From the human T2T-CHM13v2.0 reference genome, Homo sapiens: a stretch of 64,000 nucleotides of DNA. Below are positions 48,742 through 59,080 of the stretch, in pieces. A program made the position numbers and the translations under genes. The notes beneath the pieces are model-generated. The model saw only the letters and a program-made list of their open reading frames with translations. It ran no database searches and had not been told where the DNA came from. The stretch is from the NCBI RefSeq assembly GCF_009914755.1, contig NC_060927.1; one strand, 5' to 3'. Position 1 is the first letter of the stretch. Every line of letters begins with the position of its first letter.

Positions 48742-49922
48742 AAAAGTGGGGAGAAGAAGTTAAAGCATACAGTTTTTATTAGTTTTCTTTTTACTTGTTT
48801 GTTAGTTTATATAATCAGCATTAAGTTGTCATCAGTTTAAAATAATGAGTTACAAGATATTATTTGCAAGCCTCATGGTAATTTGAAATCTAAAAACATA
48901 CAATGGATATACTAAAAATAAAAAGCAAGAAATTAAAATACCAGAGAAAGTTATCTTCACTAAAAGGAAGATAAGAAGGAAGAAAAGAAAAAAGAGAAGA
49001 CCACAAAATGACTGGAAAACAAATAACAAAATGGCAGGAGTAAATCCTTATTTATCAATGATAACATTGAATGTAAATGGACTAACTCTTAGATCAAATG
49101 ACATAGACTAGCTGAATGGATAAAAACAAAAAACAAAAAAAACCGAGAATCAATGATCAGTTGACTACAAGAAACATAATTAAACTATACAGATATATAT
49201 AGACTGAAAATAAAGGGATAGAAAAAATTATTTTATGTAAATGGAAACCAAAAAAGGGCAGGAATAGCTATACTTACATCACACAAAATGGATCTCAAGA
49301 CAAAAACTATAAAAACAGACAAAGAAGGAAAGAAGATCATGATATAATGATAGAAGTCAATTCAGCTAGAAGATACAACAATTATAAATATATGTACACC
49401 CAAAATTACAGCACCCAGATATATAAAGCAAATATTAATAGTGCTAAAGAAAGAGAGATAGACTGCAATACAATGATAACTGGCTACTTCAACACCCCAC
49501 TCTCAGCACTGGAAAGATCATCCAGACAGAAAATCAATGAAGAAATATCAGACTTAATCCATACTATAAGGCCAAATAGACATAACAGGTATTTATAGAA
49601 CATTTCATCCAAGAGCAGCAGAATACACATTCTTCTCCTCAGAATACGGATCATTCTCAAGGATAGACCATATGTTAGTCCACAAAACAAGTCTTAAAAT
49701 ATTCAAAAAATTGAAATAATATCAAGTATCTACTTTGACTACAAGGGAATAAAACCAGAAATCAGTAACAAAAGGAATTTTGGAAACTATATGAACACAT
49801 GGAAATTAAACAATAAGCTCCCAAATGACCAGTGGGTCAATGATGAGATTAAGAAGAAAATTGAAAATTTTCTTGAAACAAATGATAATGGAAATACAAC
49901 ATACAAAAACCTATGGGATACA

Positions 49923-50060
49923 GGCTGGGTGCGGTGGCTCATGACCGTAATCCCAGCACTCTGGGAGCCTGAGGTGGGCTGATCACTTGAGGTCAGTAAT
50001 TCAAGCCTAGCCTGGACAACATGGCAAAACCCCATCTCTACTAAAAATACAAAACAAAAC
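49923..50060 (+). mobile_element. Alu left monomer only
   Basis: GGCTGGGTGCGGTGGCTCA...CTACTAAAAATACAAAA. 17-bp TSD AAAACC(T/C)ATGGGATACA at 49906-49922 and 50061-50077. Confidence 0.92.
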
Positions 50061-50761
50061 AAAACCCATGGGATACAGTGAAAGCAGTACTAAGAAAAAT
50101 TATAGCTATAAGTGCCTACATCAAAAAAGAAGAAAAACATCAAATAAACAACAGAAAAATGCATCTTAAACAACTAAAAAAGCAAGACAAATCACACCCA
50201 AAGTTAGTACTAGAAAAGAAGAAAGATCAGAGCAAAAGTAAATGAAATTGAAACAAAAAATACAAAAGATCAATGAAACAAAAAGTTGATTTTTTTAAAG
50301 ATAAACAAAATTGACAAGCCTTTAGCCAGACTAAGGAAAAAAGAGAGAAGCCCCAAATAAATAAAATCAGAGATGAACAAAAATAAGACATTAAAACAGA
50401 TACTGCAAAAATTCAAAGGATCATTACAGGCTACTATGAGCAACTACATGACAATAAATTGGAAAACTTAAAAGAAATGGATAAATTCCTAGACACCTAC
50501 CAACTACCAAGACTAAACCATAAAGAAACTGCAAACCTGAACAAACCAAATTAACAAGTGGCAAGATTGAAGCTGTAGTAAAAAAACTCTCCCAGCAAAG
50601 AAAAACCTGGGACCTGATGACTTCACTGATAAATTTTATCAAACACTTAAAGAAGAACTAATACCAATCCTATTCAAACTATTACTAAAAATAGAGGAAG
50701 GGGGAATACTTTCAAAGTCATTCTATGGGGCCAATATTACCATGACACCAAAACCAGACAA

Positions 50762-50817
50762 AGACAAGAAAGACAGACAAGAAAAAGAAAGAAAGAGAGA
50801 AAGAGAGAAAAGAAGGA

Positions 50818-50873
<56 letters not shown>

Positions 50874-51010
50874 AAAAGAAAGAAAGAAAGAGAGAAGGAG
50901 AGAGGGAGGAAGGGAGGGAGGGTGAGAAGGAAGGGAGGGAGGAAGGAAGGAAGGAAGGAAAGAAGGGAGGGAGGGAGAGAGAAAGAAAAAGAAAGAAAAG
51001 AAAGAAAGGG
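50762..51010 (+). repeat. Compound polypurine microsatellite (GAAA)n/(GGAA)n/(GGGA)n
   Basis: About 250 bp almost entirely A/G, lying within L1 ORF2 at the A-rich KDTTKKENYRP site. Confidence 0.97.
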
Positions 51011-51703
51011 AACTACAGGCCAATACCTTGGATGAATGTTGATGCAAAAATCTTCAACAACATACTAGCAAACTGAATTCAACAACACATTAAAAAGATC
51101 ATTCACCATTACCAAGTAGGATTTATCCCAGAAACGCAAGGATGGTTCAATATATGTAAATCAATCAATGTGATACATCATATTCACAGAATGAAGGACA
51201 AAAACTATATGAACATTTCAACTGATGCTGAAAACCCATTTGATAAAATTCAACATCTCTTTATGATAAAAACCCTAAAATAACTGGGGATAGAAGGAAC
51301 ATACCTCAACAGAATAAACACCACATATGACAGACCTACAGCTAGTATCTGAATGGGAAAAAACTGAAAGTCTTTTCTCCAAGATCTGGAACAAGATAAG
51401 GATGCCTACTTTCACCATTGTTATTCAACATAGTACTGGAAGTCCTAGCTAGTGAAATCAGACAAAAGAAATAAAGGAAATCCAGACTGGAAAGGAAGAA
51501 GTCAAATTATCCTTGTTTGCAGATCATGCGGTCTTATATTTGGGAAAACATAAAGACTCCACCAAAACACTATACATTATTAAAACTGATGAACCAATTG
51601 AGTAAACCTGCAAGATACAAAAGCAACATACAAAAATCAGTAGCATTTCCATATGCCAACAGTGAACAATCTGAAAAATAAATCAAGAAAGTAAGTAATC
51701 CCC

Positions 51704-53045
51704 AAAAGTCTCAGCTGGCAAGACGGCTGAATAGGAACAGCTCTATCTGCAGCTCCTGGTAAGAATGACGCAGAAGGCAGGTGATTTCTGCATTTCCAAT
51801 TCATCTCATTGGGACTGGTTGGACAGTGGGTGCAGCCCACAGAGGATGAGCCGAAGCACAGTAGGGTGTCACCTGACCCAGGAAGAGCAAGGGGTCAGGG
51901 GATATTCCCCCTCCAGACAAGGGAAACTGTGAGAGACTGTACCAGGAGGAATGATGCACTCCAGCCCAGATACTGCACTTTTCCCATGGTCTTCGCAAGC
52001 GGCAGACCAGGAGATTCCCTCTGGTGCCTACACCACCAGGGCCCTGGGTTTCAAGCAAACACAAAACTGGGCAGCCATTTGGGCAGACACCAAGCTAACT
52101 GCAGAAGCTTTTTTTTCATACCCCAGTGGCACCTGGAACACCAGTGAGACAGTACCCTTCACTCCCCCGGAAAGGGGGCTGAAGCCAGGGAGCCAAGTGG
52201 TCTGACTCAGCAGGTCCTGCCCCACAGAGCCTAGCAAGCTAAGATCCACTGGCTTGAAATTCTCGCTGCCAGCACAGCAGTCTGAGGTCAACCTGGGTCA
52301 CTCAAGCTTGGTGGGGGGAGGGGAGTCCACCATTGCTGAGGCTTGAGTAGGCAGTTTTACCCTCTCAGTGTAAACGAAGCCACAGGGAAGTTCAAACTGG
52401 GCAGGACTACCACAGCTCAACAAGGCTCCTGTGGCCAGACTGCGTCTCTAGATTCCTCCTCTCTGGGCAGGGCATCTCCGAAAAACAGGCAGCAGCCCCA
52501 GTCAGGGACTTATAGATAAAACCCCCATCTCCGTGGGACAGAGCACAGGATTATAAATCATTCTACTATAAAGACACATGCACACGTATGTTTATTGCAG
52601 TACTGTTCACAGTAGCAAAGACTTGAAACCAACCCAAATGCCCATCAATGATAAACTGGATTAAAAAAATGTGACACATATACACCATGGAATGCTATGC
52701 AGCCATAAAAAAGGAAGAGTTCATATCCTTTGCAGGGACATGGATGAAGCTGGAAACTAGCATTCTCAGCAAATTAACACAACAACAGAAAATCAAACAC
52801 TGCATGTTCTCACTCATAAGTGGGGGTTGAAAAAAGAACATATGGACACAGGGGTTGGGGTGGTGCATCACACACCAGGGTCTGTCAGGGGGTGGGGAGC
52901 TGGGGGAAGGATACTATTAGGAGAAATACCTAATGTAGATGATGGGTTGATGGGTGCAGCAAAGCACCATGGCACATGTATACCTATGTAACAAACCTGC
53001 ACATTCTGCACATATACCCCAGCACTCAGTGTAATAAAAAAAAGA
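51704..53045 (+). mobile_element. Internally deleted L1PA7/8-type element (5'UTR fused directly to the ORF2 tail and 3'UTR)
   Basis: 5'UTR collinear with 26550-27380 up to GGGACAGAGCAC (52546), then AGGATTATAAATCATTC collinear with 32586 onward, then poly-A. TSD core AAGTAATCCC at 51693-51702 and 53048-53057. Confidence 0.92.
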
Positions 53046-54859
53046 GAAAGTAATCCCAGTTATAATAACTACAAATACAATTAAATAACTAGGAAATATC
53101 CAAAGAAGTGAAAAATATCTACAATGGAAACTATAAAGCACTGGTGAAAGAAATTGAAGAAGACACACAAAAAAATGGAAGGATATTACATGTTCACGGA
53201 TTGGAAGAATTGATATTGTTAAAATGTCCATACTACCGAAAGCAACCTACAGATTCAATGCAATTCCTATCAAAATATCAATGGGATTCTTCACAGAAAT
53301 AGAAAAAACAATCCTAAAATGTATTTGGAACCACAAAAGACCAGAAATAACCAAAGCTATCCTGTGTAAAAAGAACAAAACTGAAGGAATCACATTACCT
53401 GACTTCGAATTATACTACAGAGCTACAGTAAACAAAACAGCATGATACTGGCATGAAAACAGACACATAGACTAATGGAACAGAATAGATAACCCTGAAA
53501 CAAATGTGTAGATCTACAGTGAACTCATTTTTTACAAAAGTGCCAAGAACATACAATGGGGAAAGAACAGTCTCTTCAGTAAATGGCTGGGAAAACTAAA
53601 CATTCATATGCAGAAGAATGAAACTAGACCCCTAACTCTCACCATATACAAATATCAAATCAAAGTGAATTAAAGACTGAAATCTAATACCTCAACCTAT
53701 GGCACTACTACAAGAAAACATTCGGGAGACTCTCCAGGACACTGGACTGAGCAAAGATTTCTGAGTAATACCTCACAAGCACAGGTAACCAAAGGGAAAA
53801 TGGACAAAAATGAATCACAGCAAGATGAAAAGCTTCTGCACAGTGAAGGAAACAAGCAACAAAGTGAAGGGACAACCCACCAAATGGGAGAAAATATTTG
53901 CAAACCATCCATCTGGCAAAGAATTAATAACCAGAATATATAAGGAACTCACAGAACTCTATAGGGAAAAAAATCTAATAATCTGATTTTTAAGTGGGCA
54001 AAAGACCTAAGTAGACATTTCTCAAAACACATACAAATAGAAAACAGGCATATGAAAAACTGCTCAACATCACTAATCATCAGAGAAATGCAAATCAAAA
54101 CTACAATGAGATATCATCTCAACCAGTTAAAATGGCTTTTAGCCAAAAAACAGGCAATAACAAATGCTAGCAAGGATGTGGAGAAAAGGGAACCCTTGTA
54201 CACTGCTGGTGAGAATGTAAATTAGTACAATCACTGTGGAAAACAGTTTGGAGGTTCCTCAAAAAACTAAAAATAGAGCTAACATATGATCCAGCAATTC
54301 CACTGCTAGGTACATACTCAAAAGAAAGGAAATCGGTATATTGAAGAGATAGCTGCAGTCCCATGTTTATTGCAGCATTGTTCACAGTAGCCAAGATTTG
54401 GAAGCAACCCAAGTGCCCATCAACAGATAAATGGATAAAGAAAATGTGGTACATATACACAATGGAGTACTATTCAGCTATAAAAATGTATGAGATCCTG
54501 TAATTTGCAACAACATGGATAGAACTGGAGGACATTATGTTAAGCGAAATAAGTCAGGTACAGAAAGACAAACTTCACATATTCTCATGCATATGTGGGA
54601 GCTAAAACTTAAAACAATTGAACTCATGGAAACAGAGAGTAGACAGAGGTTACCAAAGGCTGGGAATGGTAGTGTGTGGGATGGTGGGTGAGGGGCGTGG
54701 TTAGTGAGACAAAGAATAAATGCTTGAGGTGATGAATACCTCATTTAGCCTGGTGATAATCGTGTAATTATTACACATTGTATGCCTGCATCAAAATATC
54801 TCATACACCCCATAAATATATATACCATGTACCCACAGAAATTAAAAATAAACCAGTTT

Positions 54860-55160
54860 TTAAAAAGAAATTATTGTCAAATAAAATGTGATAACAATAT
54901 TTAAGTTATGCTTAAATAATGAGTCTTTATATCTTAGAAAGACACATCTGAAAAATTTATAAAATGAAATGGTATGATGTCTCAGATTTGCTTCAAAATA
55001 ACTCAGGAGATAGGGAATGGTTGAGACTACAAATGAAACAAGATTGGCCACAAATTGATAATTATGGAAAATAAATGACAGGTACATGGGTGTTTATCAT
55101 ACTATTTTCTCTACTTTTACATATGTTTGAAGTTTCCCTCAATTAAAAGTTTTTAAAAAG
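54860..55160 (+). mobile_element. L1MC/ME-type 3' fragment
   Basis: GATTTGCTTCAAAATAA...ACAAGATTGGCCA...CATACTATTTTCTCTACTTTT. Confidence 0.7.
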
Positions 55161-55924
55161 TCAAGTCCAATTTAAATAAAATCTTTAGTGCAATTTAAAC
55201 CTGTCATTTCATTTATATCTTGTCTTTGACATTCCGCCTCCCACCCCCACATTCAGGTTTAAGCTTTTGGTGGAAAAATAGGGATAGTGGGATAAGATAT
55301 GTTTTTTTCTTTTTCTTTTATCCAATCCCTTCTACCTCCTACCCCAACTGGGGGCAGATCAGGGAGAAAAAAAATAGAGGAAACGTGGGTAATACTTTTC
55401 TAATTTAGATGGGAATGTTGGTAAGTCCTCCTCAGTTGTTAAATGTCTTTCTCATTGCAGGAGCCCAAATCCTGTCTCTCTCTTTGAAGGAGTGCCCAAC
55501 AGACAAACACTGTCTCACTGCCTCATTTCCTGATGAAGATGTTCTCTTTAGCTAACCACTTGCAAACACTCTAAGATTTTGCTTCAATGACACAGCCCTA
55601 AGGTGCTCAACAAACTTCCTTTTTAGAAAATAACTTTCTTCCATTGATTGGTTCTTTTCAAGGCAACTCTCTTTTTTAAAAATTTATGCTATGGATTTTA
55701 CATGATGCAAGAAATACAAATATTTGTCATGTGACTACAGGAGACCTCTTTGGTGTTTATATAGAAAAGTCTTGGGTTTCTAATATCAAGATCATACTTT
55801 GATTATTACCACCCTAGCTGAATTCTGATACTTAGAAAATGCAATTACCTTTTTTACTTGTATTCATTTATATTTTCTAAATAAGATATGACACACTTAT
55901 GAGATAGGTTGATGGATAATGAGA

Positions 55925-56580
55925 GCTTTTTAACAGCTTTATTGAGGTATGATCGACATACGAAAATTATATATATTTAAGGTGAATAACTTGATGTTTT
56001 GTTCTACATAAACATTGTGAAATGATCAACACAATTAAGCTAGTTAACATATCCATGATCTCTACATAGTAGAGGTATTGTGTGTGTGCATATCATATAT
56101 ATTAATACGTGTGTGTACGTGTATATATGTGTGTGTGTGTATGTGTGTGTAATTCAGCCTTATAAAACAAAAAAATGCCTGTGCCTGTGATCCCAGCTAC
56201 TTGAGAGGCTGAGGTGGGAGAATCACTTGAGCCCAGGAGTTTGAATCCAGCCTGGGCAATATAGCAAGACCCCATCAGAAAAAAAGGAAGGAAATAAGGA
56301 AATCTTGCTACTGGAGACAACATGGATGGAGCTGGAGGGCATTATACTAAGTGAAAAACAGCAGTACACAGAAAGAAAACTACTGCATGATCTCACTTAG
56401 ATGTGGAATCTAAAATAGTCAAATTCATAGAAGTGAGTAGTAGGATGGTGGTTGCTAGGGGCTGGGGGAAGGGGAAATCGGGTGATGCTGATCACAGAGT
56501 ACAATGTTTCAGTTATGCAAGATGAATAAATTCTGGAGAGCTAGCATACAGCATGATGAAGATAGTTATCAAGACAGTGC
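55925..56580. mobile_element. Old L1MA/MB 3' end in two opposite orientations, with a (TG/TA)n repeat and an Alu monomer fragment (56176-56285) between them
   Basis: Antisense terminus TAACAGCTTTATTGAGGTAT (55931) and sense segment ACATGGATGGAGCTGGAGGGCATTA...TTTCAGTTATGCAAGATGAATAA. Confidence 0.7.
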
Positions 56581-57089
56581 TTGCCTGGTTACCTCCCATG
56601 GCATCACCGCAGCCTACAGGTAAGATCACTAACCCTTAACCACCAAATGAAGTGAAGGTCACTACCTCAGCTCCCCTCTCTCCAGCCAATCTTTCCATCC
56701 ATTTCCCTGGGAAGCAGTTTCCAGGCCTTGAACTCCAAGTGACATATCAGTCTCCCAAGAACTCTCCTCTCAAGTCACACTCTGCCAGCAGCACAGGAAG
56801 TGAAATGAGGGTCTCCCTTTCTCTTCAGCACCCCCAATCTCTCTAAGTCATTCTTTTGGGTTGTTTCTCATTTAGCTAATGTAGGAGAAGAGCACTTCTA
56901 ACCTTCCCCTACCAATTCCTTTCCAATGTTCTTCCTCAAAGCACGCTCTAAGCTTCTGTTACATAAGCCGTTGGAGGAGAAGCTACTAGACCAGTATGAC
57001 CACCACTTGGCAAGCCCTTGGGAGATTTATTTTAAACTGTATCAGACATTTTCCCAGGTTTGTCAACCAAGTCAACAGGAAAAGTCCCG

Positions 57090-57272
57090 TTCAACATCCT
57101 GTCACTCTCATATTACTTCCAATACTTACCACACCCTGCAAGGTGCATATGTTTCACAGGTAAGAAAACAGATGCTCAAAGACTTGCCCAGGATCACTTG
57201 GCTTTTGACTCATGAGACATGGATTTGAACCTGAGATGCCTGACCTTAAAGCCCACACCCTTTGCACTATAC
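57090..57272 (-). mobile_element. MIR SINE
   Basis: GACTTGCCCAGGATCAC...GGATTTGAACCTGAG...AAAGCCCA. Confidence 0.75.
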
Positions 57273-57927
57273 CTCAAGATACTCTGGCTCACAGATTAAA
57301 TCAATCAAAATGCCTTTTTTTCATTCTCAAGCTAAAATATTGAATAATACCCCAATGAGCTGCATAGGACTGCTTCGAGTTCTGTTGCCAGAGAGATATA
57401 GTATCCACAGTCAAACTGTCAAATTGCTGGAACAAAAACAAACAAACAAAATATTATCTGCCAAGGAATACAGCAGCAGATTAAGGGCAGTCATTTCTGT
57501 TCTTTTCACAGCATCTGTATGAGCAAGATATTGAGAATATTAACCTTGCTTCTGTAAACCTTCATCCAAAAAGTTGCCTGATTTTTGTCCCAGCTATCCT
57601 GCTCTGCCTCTCATAAACCTGTCTGGTCACATGTCAGTGGGGTTTTCAGAAACTACAGGACCCAGGAGACAAGGAAGCTGTTGTCCCCATGTTTTTATTA
57701 TGATTATTGGAGTGGGGAGCACATCCTCTTGGCCCACAGAAATGTACAAACCTTGCCCCTCAAACCCTAGAAGTCTAGCCACCCCCACTGCTGCTCTTTC
57801 TTTCCCTCCATCCATCCCAAACCACTCCTGTCAGCCCCCACCTTTAGACTTCCAAGACAAATTCACTATCATTTACCCCCAAACTGTTCTGCCATCACAC
57901 CTTTTCTAAGTGAATGGCACACCAGAA

Positions 57928-58045
57928 CAGGCCACATAATTTGTGGGGCCTGGTGCAGAATGTAAATGCAGGACTCTTTGTTCAATGATTAGGAATTTCA
58001 AGACAGCAACAGCAGAGCATTAAACGAAGTGTGGGGCCTTGTATG
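57928..58045. mobile_element. MER45-like hAT fragment
   Basis: CATAATTTGTGGGGCCTGGTGCAGAATG...CAAGACAGCAACAGCAGAGCATTAAAC. Confidence 0.6.
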
Positions 58046-58069
58046 ACTTTAATTAAGACCTTCAACTCC

Positions 58070-58225
58070 TCTGTATTACAGTTTATTATTTTCTCATCAG
58101 TTGTCCCCACTACACTGTGACCAACTTGAGGACGGAAGATGCACCTTAATCAATTTTGTGTCCTGGCGCTAGCTCAAGCTGGCACAAAGTAGGCTTTCCA
58201 TAAGGACTGAAATGAATGAATAAAT
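58070..58225 (+). mobile_element. L2 3' end
   Basis: CTGGCACAAAGTAGG...ATGAATGAATAAATG. Confidence 0.6.
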
Positions 58226-58741
58226 GGGCAAGAGTGTCACTTTTCTTCCACAGCTCTGACCCTGCAAGCTCATTCTGCCTTCTGAAAACGGAAGGAGCAG
58301 AGCTGCCCACCTGGAAGTTTGCCAGGATTGGGGCCTATCACGGATGCATGAAACACGCCCATGAAGCTGGTCTTGGGCACCACTATCCACCAGTCACTCA
58401 AGCCAGAAACCAGGACATCTCAGTTCCCCGCAGCCCCAACATTCCTTGGCCCCTCATTCACACATATAATAAACTACCCTATTCTATCAATTCTAAAGTT
58501 GTAAAAGCACTCAAACTCCTTCTTTCTGTCCTCACTGCCACCACCTCACTTCAAGCCTGAATCATTTTTTACTTGATGTATTAGTTAGGGTAAGGGGCTG
58601 ACTGCTGTAGCAGAGAGACTCACAATGCAGTGGTCAGAGATTGAAACCAGGTTTATCTCACTCCAAAGCACAAGTCCTTAACCTATACCTGTATTTTCTA
58701 AGAAATTGAAGAATATCCTTAAAAAGTGGGACTATAAGAGT

Positions 58742-59080
58742 ATATTATCCAGGGCTCCTTTGGATGCAAGTGATATAAATCCAACTTAAACTAAAAAATA
58801 GAGAGGAGGAGGAATTTATTGGTTTCCATAACTAAAGAGTCCAGAGGACAGCTATTTTCAAGCACAGCTAGATCCAGGCATTTGAACAATGTTATCAGGG
58901 AGCCATCTCTTGACTTTACTTTTCTTTGTTTGTTGGCCTCATTCCTTCCTACTGCAAATGGCTTTCTTCAGGTGGCAATGGAAGATGAAATACAAGCAGC
59001 TCCAGCTCACATGATCGCTTTCATTCCAAGGCCTGGTCCCCAGCTTTGTAGACCTGGATACTTGATCTGACCAGGGTCAG
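58742..59080 (-). mobile_element. Old MLT1-type LTR fragment
   Basis: TTTGGATGCAAGTGATATAAATCCAACTTAAACT...GGAATTTATTGG...TAGATCCAGG. Confidence 0.55.

Larger units (their letters stand above)
46866..54853 (+). mobile_element. Near full-length old L1 (L1MA1-4 / L1M1-type) carrying nested insertions
   Basis: 5' region (CTGACCCAGCACAGTCCCAGTGGTGG), decayed ORF1 (about 47270-48220), long inter-ORF region, ORF2 from ATGGCAGGAGTAAATCC at 49031, and 3' end CCCCATAAATATATATAC..GTACCCACAGAAATTAAAAAT. Confidence 0.88.

Noticed and set aside
50718-51047. K/R/E-rich 97-aa ORF and its F/L/S-rich antisense partner
   Set aside because: Both are translations of a stop-free purine microsatellite.
52530-52560. 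Mini-L1 as a canonical spliced integrant
   Set aside because: There is no GT donor at the 5' breakpoint in the homologous full-length copy, and the AG is retained at the junction.
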